From NCBI RefSeq assembly GCF_006345805.1, contig NW_021824108.1, positions 1 through 19,885 of the forward strand: a stretch of 19,885 bases of DNA, in the 5' to 3' direction. The position numbers and the translations under genes were made by a program. Each line of letters begins with the position of its first letter. Position 1 is the stretch's first letter. Shown in pieces: positions 10,238 through 19,885 of this stretch. The notes beneath the pieces are model-generated. The model was not told the DNA's origin. It worked only from the letters and a program-made list of their open reading frames with translations, and ran no database searches. Source of the stretch: Octopus sinensis (Eukaryota).

Positions 10238-11915
10238 CTGAAATAAATATTTCCAAGTTTTACATTTAAAAATAAACTTTCTTCATCTTTATTTATATTA
10301 AACTCTATCTTGTTATTGTGAGACATTCAATTCTGTCGTTAATGGTCAAATGTTGACCATTATGGTTTTGGTCAATATTTCTGTACTTTCTACAGTGGTC
10401 CCATGTAATAACTCAATATGACCACAATAAAACAGACTAACATTTCTAATCCACCCTCTCCCTCTCTCTCTCTCTCTCTAAAAACACATTAAATATTCTA
10501 ACAATGTTGCAATTATCTCATTTAATTAACACTTGATGACAGTTTTCTCTTAGCATTGTCTTTCTTTTCTTATAACTGTGCCAAACCTATGGCATGGCAC
10601 AGTCCTCTCATCTCTAGAATTCACTAATCAACATTCCTCTCTAATTAAGTAAAACTGCGCCCATAAAGACATGTCCTTTATGTGCATACCCCCCACCCCG
10701 CACACAATCTGTCCCCTAAAAAACATCTCCACAAGCCAAATTCCATACACCCTTCCCCAACATGATCCCTAACAAGATATAACATGTAATGTGAGGGTAC
10801 AGGATGTTCCTATGACAAAATCAGTTTACATTTCAGACATACAAATGTAAGAGAGTTAATGAATTATAGCTTATTAATTATCATGATAATTGGGTATATA
10901 TGTGATACAATGGCACTGTGCTTGACGGTGCAATACTAGATATCAATATAGATTGTATATAATCTGAGTAAAGAACATATAGCCTTCATTACAATGAATA
11001 TGATTGTGTCTCAGCACAGCTAATATTATGGTAGTTCCATGAGCAAACGAAGAAAGATATAACCAAGTCCACTGCCAAATACTAATGATTAATTCATTTC
11101 CTGGTCAAATAACAATGATTATCTTTCATTAAATAATTTGAACGCAACAATCAAGACCAAAGGGTGAAACACTCAGAAAACTGTGCCTCTTTTAGCATTA
11201 ATATCATCTAAAATCTAACAAGAGTGAGAAAAAGAATGACTATATGGATGGTAAATGTTGTTCAAACAATGTAATAAGTGTATATTATATATAGCTACAA
11301 AGAAGGATTTGTGTATTCAAGTCATATTCAATTTCTGATCGTATATTTTGTATAAACACCAATAATTTGTTTAAATATAAACAGATATTCACGGTTCAAT
11401 ACTAAATTTAACATTTAATAAAATTAAGTTCATGATGAATATTCTTATACAGAGTTAATATTTAATTAGAATTTTCTAATTTGCAACAACAAAATGTATT
11501 CTAACCAGAGACATTCAGGGTACACAACCCCAGAAAATACAAAATATTACGACAGACATCTGGCTACATAACAACATCAAGAATAACCTATCAGAAAACT
11601 TACGAAAGATCTTAGTAGAAAAACAAACAACTATTTTATTAATTCACGAGTTTACACCTAAAATAATAAATTATAGTTCCATCTTCCAGAAGACAATATT
11701 AACTCTATTGTGGCTTTTAATTTATCCATTTTACCAAACACGTTAACCATGACTTTATGAAATTTCAGTAATATTTTTAATACAATTACTTTAGAGCTAA
11801 CCTTTCAAATGGAAATTAGAGATGGGATTTGTTCTCCACCATTCTAATACGCAAAATAGCTGAGGTGAATGTAAAATCCATAGAAATTAATTAAGATCTC
11901 TTATTTTAAACTCAT

Positions 11916-11966
11916 CAACTGTCTCTGCCACAGTCTGCACTCCCTTCTCTTCAAACTTTGGACTCT
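11916..11966 (-). pseudogene. Linker exon (ESPKFEEKGVQTVAETV) with mutated donor
   Basis: atttcAG acceptor intact, 51 nt, phase 1-1. The donor reads ATGAGT instead of GTGAGT. Confidence 0.65.
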
Positions 11967-13119
11967 CTGAAATATGTGTCTCCAAGTTTTATATTTATTT
12001 ATAGCACAAGTTCTTTATATTTATTAATAATCTATATTTTATTAATGAGAAACATTCATACCATCAATGGCCAACCGGCGATCATAATTGTTTTGGTCAA
12101 TATTTTTATACTTTCAACAGTGGACCCATGTAATAGCCAATATTTAGCTCCAAAACGAACTCTAGTTGATCTTTGTAAATTTCCTCTCTCTGTTAAGATA
12201 TCCTACATAATCTAACAATGCTGTAATTATATCACTTAATTATCACCTAATAACAGTTAATCTGTAGGTTTTGGTTTCCCTGCTTATATCTATGCCAAAT
12301 CTATTGCCTTTTCAAAACCCTGATCTTCACTAACAACCTGTTTGATTCCAGTGTCAACAAATTTATTCATCAAAGATATAACAACAAACACATGTCACAA
12401 CCACTTCAAGAAGGAGAAACATACACCTGATCTCTTTGTTAAACATTGTTGCTGATAATCCCTAATTTTAACTTCACAGTTCACCAGAATGTCATCTCAT
12501 TCAAGATATATTTGAAGGTTTCATGATCTGGTTGGAATGTGACACTCAAGTCAGAACCAAAACCTAAATTTGAGAGACGGACAAAACAGTGTCTCTGTTA
12601 GCCTTGATATCACCCAAAGACCAACACAGCAACATGGAGTTGCGTGTTGAAGTCTCAAAACAGGTGACACATACAATTTACTCCTTTAAAATATTCTACT
12701 AAATTTAATACTTTACCAAAGATGACACTGATGTCCTTGTAAGTACTGTTGTATTTAATTATCTTCTAATAACTCATAATTATCTTATAATAACTCATAA
12801 TTAATTATAGAGCTGATGGAGATTTATTGATACTTCAGTTACTCACTAATTATCTTGCAGAATCTTCCATTATTTTTATGTTGCAGACTACAACCCTCTT
12901 GAAGTGTGACATGTTTCCTACTTGGATAAGGTCAATGTTTGGTGGATGTAGTGTGAGAGATATACTATTACAGAGAACAGACACTAGGAACACCTTTTAT
13001 CATAAATCTGCCAGATTATGGCAGACCTCTGCCTACATAACAACATGAAGTATATTATTCTACACAATAAGGGCAGTGGGACAAGCAGGACAAACAGACA
13101 GATCAGCAAGATTTCTTAC

Positions 13120-13257
13120 CATCTCCAGTTCTGCTCGTTACAGGTTTCCCGCACTTCAAACATCGTTGAAGTGTAACGTTTGAACATCCCTTACATATTA
13201 CAAGGTGTCCACATGGATGAACTTTTGTTGTGGCCGCTTTTTCTGCACCACAAACAT
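13120..13257 (-). CDS. Mind bomb-type C3HC4 RING finger exon
   Basis: atccacAG acceptor, GTAAGA donor, 138 nt. Open in phase 1: VCGAEKAATTKVHPCGHLVICKGCSNVTLQRCLKCGKPVTSRTGD, containing PCGH-x3-C-x2-C-x8-C-x2-C and ending like MIB RING1 (VxSRT). The first ligand pair (CLWC) lies in another frame. Confidence 0.88.
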
Positions 13258-13653
13258 CTGTGGATAAAACAGAAATATCCAATCAATAACATTCATTTAT
13301 AACAAATATTATTTATTTACATGTTCGGAATAGAGAATATTATAAGATACATCAGTAACTACCAAGAGTAGAGCAGAAATCTTCTTTAAACATTACATAC
13401 ATACAGCATTTTGTGTAGTTAAATGACGCAGAAACACAACACACACACACATACATACACACACATGCATACATACATTGATAAATGTTTGTCTTGACCC
13501 TGATACATCATAGAAATTGGTTGACACACAGTGAACTGCATATCTTCCAGAAATATATTTCACTTCTAACATCGAACTCATTTCTTCTGAAGAAAATATC
13601 TACACAGGTTTCTTTATATACACATACTGTATTGTATACATTCCGTCAACACA

Positions 13654-13716
13654 GATTAGCAGATGAGGTTTCCAGCACTGCAGAGTGGCAGAAATTACCC
13701 GAAACTAGTACTGGTC
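13654..13716 (+). ncRNA. Type I hammerhead ribozyme motif (one core substitution), probably from a Penelope-like or retrozyme repeat
   Basis: GAUUAG-CAGAUGA-[hairpin 13667-13700]-GAAA-CUAG-UA-CUGGUC. Stem I has 6 bp with two G-U pairs, stem III is the palindrome ACUAGU and the triplet is GUA. The core reads CAGAUGA rather than CUGAUGA. Confidence 0.65.
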
Positions 13717-13883
13717 AGCTAGACACATCCCTAGAAGATGGTAGGGGTTCGCTCCCCTGCTGCAATTTATCGGATGCAGTTCCGCATTGTTAACCAACTG
13801 GAGGAGTTGTCTCTTGGGGTTCAAAATTCGCAGTGGAGTCCATTGGAACAGATAGTCACGCTGGCGTGGCCTACGAGTATTAC

Positions 13884-13932
13884 TTATATATATACATATA
13901 CATATACATATACAGAGAGAGAGAGTGAGAGA
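13884..13932. repeat. Compound microsatellite (TA)n(CATATA)n(GA)n
   Basis: Directly visible. Confidence 0.9.
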
Positions 13933-14112
13933 GGAATTCACGAAAAGAAAAAACAAGACGAAGACAAGTAGTGTAGACAACAAACATATGTATAAGTTTA
14001 ACGCTCGGGAAGTGAAAAAGTCTTTAAAGTTTCGAGCCTACACTCTTCAACAGGAAGGAATACAGAAGGAAACAAGGAGAGAAAATAAAGAATGTGTAGT
14101 GGCTAGCGATCT
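13933..14112 (-). mobile_element. Short interspersed repeat, possibly a Penelope-like terminal repeat with a degenerate hammerhead-like core
   Basis: Minus strand CUGUUGA-A-GAGU-GUAG-GCUC-GAAAC at 14053-14029. Flanked on both sides by TA/GA microsatellite. Stem I is not recoverable. Confidence 0.4.
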
Positions 14113-14135
14113 ATCATATATGTATATATATATAC

Positions 14136-15920
14136 ATATTCAATTCAATTCAATATTTTTTTCAATTCCTTTTTTTATTGGCTCAAAGGTTATGTAGGAG
14201 GATAGGGAGTTATGTACAGAGAGGGTGGTCATACAAAGAGTTCAGACCATTTCTGGTCAAGAGAGACTTTGAACCGAGCGGTCGTCGACATCTTCACTAT
14301 GTCGTCCGGCAGCTTATTCCACGGACCCGCAACCCGGACGGAGAAAGCCCCTCTCCTTCGATTGAGATGAAATTGTCGTAGATAGAGCTTTTCGGAATGA
14401 CCCCGCAGCCGACGCTCTGGAGCAGGAGTAAAGAACAGCTCTTTCGAGAGGTTACACTTTCTGCTTATGATGTTGTGAGCAAGAATGAGATCACCACGGC
14501 GTCGTCGTTTTTCTAGAGAATAAAGGTCGAGCGTCTTCAGCCTTTCTTCATAAGACAAATGCTTAAGACCAAGAACCATGCGGGTAGCCAGCTTCTGGAC
14601 TCTTTCGAGATGCTGTATGTCTTTGAGGAGATAAGGAGAAGAGGCTTGAATCCCATACTCCAATATGGGTCTCACCAGCATGACATAGAGTGGTAGGAAT
14701 ATGGCTGCTGTGAGCATTCCGAATGACCGTTGAATCAAGAACAGAATTCCGCGTGCTTTGTTGGCAGCATGGACGCACTGGGCCGAAGGCGAAAAGGAGG
14801 AATCCACCAAGATACCCAGGTGCTTTACCTGATCGGTCATCTCCAGCAGCAGACGACCCGGCTCGAAATCAAGTTGAGTTGCAGGAGGAGAGCCAACAGG
14901 CAGATGACCGCACTTTGACACGTTCAGACACAGGTCCCGTTTGTTTGACCACCTCCGAACTTGGTGGAGGCATCGACGAAGATCCTCTATATCACTGTGA
15001 GGAGCAACCAGTTTGACATCGTCGGCAAATAGAAGGGTGTGTTGCGTGAGGTCGTCGGGCAAGTCATTTACGAAGACTAAAAATAATAACGGCCCAAGCA
15101 CTGAACATTGAGGCACGCCACTGCTCACACTGGAGACGTCGGACCGCGAACCATTAAATTGGACTTGGAAGGAGCGATCTGAGAGGAAGGCACCAACCCA
15201 TCGTACAATATCCGGATGGAAACTATATGCTTGAAGCTTGACAAGTAATAGGCGGTGGTTAACCGAGTCAAAAGCATTGGCAAAGTCCAATAAAACGATG
15301 TCAACAGCATCACCATCATCCAGGATACGCGCCACCAATTCTTCCATTACCAGAAAGCTGGTCAAGCATGATCTCTTCAGCACGAAGCCGTGTTGGGAAT
15401 CAGAGATAGAGGCTGTGTTTTGGAGGTGGAGCAACATACTTTTCTTAAGGATGGTTTCGAATATCTTGCTGAATATTGAAGTAAGGGAAACCGGTTGGTA
15501 GTTAAGTGGGTCTTTGCGGCACCCTTTCTTGAAAATAGGGCAGATTATCGCTGTTCTCTAGTCCGCAGGTACAACACCCGTCGCTAATGACATATTGAAT
15601 AGAAGTGTTAAAGGTTGGCAGATGACCGGAGCCAACGCTTTGATAACCTGTGGGTGTATGCCATCAGGGCCGTGACCCTTGTTGATATCGAGGCCTTGAA
15701 TAACGCGTTCGACTTCGTCCCGAGTGATGACCAATCTAGGCATTGGAGGTACCCATCTATCAAATGGAGGGGGTTCACGACCATCATCTTGTTTGAAAAT
15801 TGTCGAAAAAGCCTCGGCAAATAACTAACTCTGCTGATAAGGGTCCTCAATCGATACACCTGTTGATTATGTGTCACGATGCTTCCCCTTTATTGATGGC
15901 GTCGTATATTTGTTCCTTAA
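14136..15920 (-). mobile_element. Young 5'-truncated CR1-clade LINE (reverse transcriptase)
   Basis: 402-aa ORF 14229-15437 with QHGF, LDFANAFDSV, GVPQCSVLGP, FADD, LGILVD and RRRRGDLI. The upstream in-frame part (GPDGIHP, PAD*RTAIICPIFKKG) is interrupted by one stop. The 3' UTR has AATAAA (14179-14174) and an (AATTG)n tail. The 5' boundary is approximate. Confidence 0.93.
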
Positions 15921-15984
15921 ATGTGACATCTTCTTTTCTACTACATTAAATTTTTCTCCTCTTCTAATTTGGCTGACTACAAAA

Positions 15985-16880
15985 CTATGGAAAATTGCCA
16001 CTGTCATTTCCTTATCCAAGAAGAGTATTAAAAAGGTGACCCCTTAATAACTACCAATTATTGTCCAATCATTTTCATTAGCTGCCTCATCAAATTTATG
16101 GTGTTCTGTGACAGAGAGAGATACTTTGAAGAATCTGGAATTCACATAACCTTATTCCATCCTCACAATTTGGATTTTTCCCTAATTCTAGCTGCTGTAA
16201 CCAACTCACAGAATTTCTTCAAGACAATCACCTAAATAACATATTGTGGCTTTTGGGTAGATGTTATTTACCTCGACTTCACCAAAGCCTTTAATTCTCT
16301 GCCACACAAACGAATTATGTTGAAGCTGTCTGATTTTGGGTGAGGATTAATTTACTTAAATCTCTGATGTCGTTCATTCTTGCTTAACAAGAAGTAGTCA
16401 CAGTGTAATGATACTATAGAATCACACCTGAAGATTGGTAGGATCTGTTTTAGTCCATTGTTGTTCTGGAAATGTATTAATTTAATTGATGCCAAACTGA
16501 AGCAGGTTACTCTACGCTACAGATCATTGCTTCAGCCTCATCTGGACATTTGCAGCAAGGTGCTGTCTAAATCAAGCTAGTTGTAGATAGGTGCACCACT
16601 ATACATTATGGAAGGTAAACTCAGAATTTACCAATTTCCTCCACAACACCCAACTTCAGAAGTCTACTGGTGAACTGGACCTCGGGATTAATGTCAAGAA
16701 GGACATTTGACGGATGATTCCCATTCCTAAAGTCATCAAAAAGATCGAAAGTATCTTAGCATCTCTCTGAAAACGCTTTGTCTTGCACTTTGTCAAGTTG
16801 TCTGTTTAAAGTTACGTATGGGAAATGGTATGTCCAAACTTACGGTATTCACCTCCAATCTGGAACCCCATCCTGTCTAG
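15985..16880 (+). mobile_element. Old, heavily degenerate CR1/L2-type LINE RT remnant
   Basis: Broken plus-strand frames read WKIATVI, SQFGFFPNSSCCNQL, DVIYLDFTKAFNSLPH, DLGINV and NLRYSPPIWNP. Confidence 0.8.
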
Positions 16881-16920
16881 AATATTACGTACAGCTAGGC
16901 AAATACACTCTGTCACTCAC

Positions 16921-17081
16921 CATATCTTGAATGTATTGTTTCTCTCGGTATCATCTGAGTACATTAAAATTTGGATGTCTAACAGCTGACTCAGTGGAAT
17001 CCCACAAGAATATCCATCATCTTCCCAACAACAACTTTGGTAATCGTTTTGAAAGCAATTTCTCCAACACCAGCAGACATG
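16921..17081 (-). CDS. Cys-rich spacer exon between ankyrin and RING exons
   Basis: Pyrimidine tract ttttctctttgttctaAG, GTGAGT donor, 161 nt. Only the phase-0 frame is open (HVCWCWRNCFQNDYQSCCWEDDGYSCGIPLSQLLDIQILMYSDDTERNNTFKI). Confidence 0.6.
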
Positions 17082-17552
17082 CTTAGAACAAAGAGAAAAG
17101 CAGTGCAGCACCCATGACTTTCAGAAATATTTTTCGCTGTTCAGAATTTTTGAAGCATGAAATAAACTGATATCTCTTGTTAGATATCAGGACACTGCAT
17201 TCTTCAAAACTTCCATATTTCCTGAAATTCCCTAACACTCTTCCTGATGTACCTATGTCTTCTTTCTTTGATATAACTCTTTTACTGTTTCCCTCCTTTC
17301 GGGTTGTTTTATTATATGTATCGTGCATCTACTTCTAGCTTCCATTGCTGCCTTTCTTTGACTAATTGCAGTTTTCTGTCCCCTATTTGCCCCTTTCCAG
17401 TAACTTCAGCTGCGCTCTATAGACATTATATTATTATTACAACATTCACATAAACGATCATTTGTAAAGTAGAGAAAATCTTCTGAGGCTTGTCAATTGA
17501 AGAAAACAGATCTATATTTATGCAGACCAAAAATCAATATCTCTGAACAATA

Positions 17553-17710
17553 GGCGCAGGAGTAGATGTGGTAAGTAGCTTGCTTACCAACCACATGGTT
17601 CTGGGTTCAGTCCCACTGCGTGGCACTTTCGGCAAGTGACTTTACTATAGCTTCGGACTGACCAATGCTTTTTGAGTGGATTTGGTAGAGGGAAACTGAA
17701 AGAAGCCCAT

Positions 17711-17776
<66 letters not shown>

Positions 17777-17976
17777 GTGGTTGTGTAAATTGTCTGTCTG
17801 TGTTTGTCCCTCCACCATCGCTTCACAACCAATGTTGGTGTGTTTACGTTCCCGTAATCTAGCGTTTCAGCAAATAAGTACTAGGCTTACACAGAATAAG
17901 ATCTGGGGTCGAATTTTTCGACTAAAGGCAGTGCTCCAGCATGGCCGCAGTCAAATGACTGAAACAAGTAAAAGAG
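17553..17976 (+). mobile_element. tRNA-derived SINE with internal (TA)n/(TG)n expansion (octopus-type)
   Basis: tRNA-like head with A-box-like tgtggtaagtag and B-box-like ggttcagtccc. (TA)n at 17714-17765. Tail ccagcatggccgcagtcaaatgactgaaacaagtaaaaga, which I recognise from octopus SINEs but have not searched. Confidence 0.85.
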
Positions 17977-18690
17977 TGATATTTAAATTTCAACAGACAA
18001 AGAAAGTTTTGTATATTCACTGAGGGGGAAATGTGTCTGCTTCTTAAGTAGCTCATACAGAGAGATGTATGGCAACGAAATTGCCAAACCTTATAAAATA
18101 CGGGAGTGAAAGGCGACTAAAACACCTAGTAATGGTATATGTGTTACTTGAATTATTTACGTTTCCTGGCAGGTTTTTTTCTCTATGAAGATATGTGGCA
18201 ATATTCCATCAGTATTTGCAGAAATATAATATATACACAGTTGGTGTGTGTTTGTAGGTTATTTTTCTATGAAATCATTCTTAATATTGACTGATTCGGA
18301 CATAGAAGAGTGAGAAAAAGATGTTGGTAGACAGATAAATTCCACTTAATTCTAAGTAACAGTTTCAAAATGGAATTCATTCACTTCATTATTTAGATCT
18401 ATATTTTCGTATTGATCACAAATCTTTAAAATAGGGAACGAAGAGGGGTAGGTGGTGATGGACAGTGAAGTATAACTGGCAACACTACGAATCATGTGAA
18501 TGTAATCTAAATCGTGTTCTTTCTTTGATCTCCTGACAACTGCATATTGTTTATTGTGTGGCCTTTGACAAAAACACTAGCGACAGTATAATGTATGGGT
18601 AGAATTAAAACGAAATAAACATATAAACATGATTATATACAAAATAGAAAATGTACTGGTTTATCTGTTCCATTGCCAGGAAATACTTAC

Positions 18691-18862
18691 TGTGGTGGTA
18701 AAAATGCTTCTAATTTTTCTCAAATTTGGGTCCTTAATGAGGTCAAATGGTGTGTTATATTTGTTGTTTTTATGGTGAAAGTCCGCTCCCTGGCTGGCGA
18801 GATATCTACCTACCACTACACCAGAGAGCATTTCATCCTCTTCAGGTAAGGGAAGTGCAGCA
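18691..18862 (-). CDS. Exon with the last ankyrin repeat of a Mind bomb-like protein
   Basis: atttgtAG acceptor, GTAAGT donor, 172 nt. AALPLPEEDEMLSGVVVGRYLASQGADFHHKNNKYNTPFDLIKDPNLRK matches the MIB1/MIB2 pattern FLA-x2-GAD-x4-N-x-K-x2-SPLDL-x2-DPNL. Confidence 0.88.
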
Positions 18863-19444
18863 CTACAAATGATGAATAAATAAAAATTATGACAATATTA
18901 CACAAATATTCAAAACAAATGCCCCTAATTACACAAAAGTTCATCTAAATTTACTCATAGCTTGTTTATCCACTAATTAAAGCAATTACAAAGTATTGAG
19001 TTCCTACATAATCTTTAATTGAGTCCATTTCCCATTTTCATGTTTTTACTTTATTTTAACACTGAGACACCTCTAAATATTGTCATTACATTGAGCAGGA
19101 GAAAACCGTATTGATTAACATCAAGCTTATTTATTAATGAGTAAATATTTACTTGTCAATATTCAATAGAAAGTCAAATTTAGGAAGAACAAACCAACAA
19201 GAACCTATCTATATAATTGGCTTGATAAAGGCGAGCATGTGGCCATAAGAAAGAGTATTGTATATATAAATATAACACAACATGAGAAGAAAGAACATAA
19301 GTTATATCAGAAACAAAAACACCTATAACATAACAAAGTCAATCCCACACAGATATGACCACATATCAATAATGTTTCCATAATTAAGCAAGAAGCATCT
19401 TTGAATGATGACGGTAAAGTAAAGGAAGCAGGAATTAGTGTCAA

Positions 19445-19650
19445 GTCAGAAAAGTAATGGAGGAGTATTTTTAATCACGGACAAGTGAATTTTGGAAGAG
19501 GCGACTTGCAAGTCTACCAGATAGATGGAAGAGCATTGTAGAAAATGAAGGAGAATATGTTTTAGATTAACAGAAAAAAGTACTTTGTTTATCTTAATTT
19601 TGAAAAATATAAGGATTATAAAAAACTGCTTCATTTATGAGATGACAGCA
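19445..19650 (+). mobile_element. Mariner/Tc1 transposon 3' fragment
   Basis: VRKVMEEYF*SRTSEFWKRRLASLPDRWKSIVENEGEYVLD* (19445-19570) is the typical mariner transposase C-terminus (LPxRWxxxVENxGEY). A probable TIR remnant follows. Confidence 0.8.
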
Positions 19651-19764
19651 AAAAGTCCAGAAGTATTGAAGTCTATATTGTTGATGACATCAGATAGCCG
19701 AATACAGTGAACGGGCTTTAAACAGCATTTTACAAGATATATACTCAAACTTAAAATCACTACT

Positions 19765-19795
19765 TGTGTGTGTTTGTCTGTGTGAGTGTGTGTGT

Positions 19796-19857
<62 letters not shown>

Positions 19858-19870
19858 TTGTGTGTGTGTG
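19765..19870. repeat. (TG)n microsatellite
   Basis: Directly visible. Confidence 0.95.
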
Positions 19871-19885
19871 CCTAAGTACAGAACT

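Larger units (their letters stand above)
4696..11148. repeat. Young tandem array, about 3.1 units of about 2.08 kb (RTE fragment + intron + 78-nt exon + intron)
   Basis: The junction aataatttgaa(c/t)gcaac recurs ending at 4907, 6984, 9080 and 11148 (periods 2077, 2096, 2068). Units align nearly base for base; about 3% divergence was counted by eye in one 250-nt flank. Confidence 0.97.
121..18862 (-). pseudogene. Disrupted, partial multi-exon gene for a Mind bomb-like ankyrin + RING protein with a C-terminal death domain (open at both window edges)
   Basis: Nine exon-like segments on the minus strand, seven with canonical AG/GT sites, giving ANK - Cys-rich - RING - linker repeats - death domain. 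As written, splicing gives TG|A (stop) at the 16921/13257 junction. An apparent 2-nt deficit lies in an A5 run of the ANK exon. True pseudogene versus assembly error cannot be decided from the sequence alone. Confidence 0.7.

Noticed and set aside
13651-13745. Possible plus-strand exon (acacAG ... GATG|GTAGGG) within ORF 13485-13793
   Set aside because: The peptide has no recognisable homology, and the segment is better explained by the hammerhead-bearing repeat.
17584-18023. ORFs 17584-17832 and 17766-18023
   Set aside because: They are chance frames through the SINE and its (TA)n/(TG)n tract.
18780-18852. Plus-strand CAG|GTAAGG donor-like site
   Set aside because: It overlaps the well-supported minus-strand ankyrin exon, and no matching plus-strand acceptor or coding frame was found.

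Overview
AT-rich eukaryotic DNA, most likely octopus (inferred from the SINE and RTE repeat families). The window is mostly intronic and belongs to one minus-strand, multi-exon gene that the ORF track misses because its exons are short. In transcript order the exons are: a Mind bomb-like final ankyrin-repeat exon (18691-18862), a Cys-rich spacer exon (16921-17081), a Mind bomb-type RING exon (13120-13257), a series of symmetric phase-1 linker exons (11916-11966, 10160-10237, 8076-8153, 5983-6060, 2697-2744) and the first exon of a death domain (121-192). The gene continues beyond both window edges. The linker exons and their flanking introns are homologous to the death-domain exon and its flanks, so they appear to be serial duplicates of it. 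The three youngest copies lie in a tandem array of about 2.08 kb units (4696-11148), each carrying the same 5'-truncated RTE LINE. As written the gene cannot make a full-length protein (apparent frameshift, junction stop, two dead splice sites). It is either a pseudogene or truncated allele, or it carries assembly errors. The introns also hold Hero-like, CR1, SINE, mariner and probable Penelope-type remnants, including a near-canonical type I hammerhead ribozyme motif at 13654-13716. All alignments and translations were done by eye; no database search was run.
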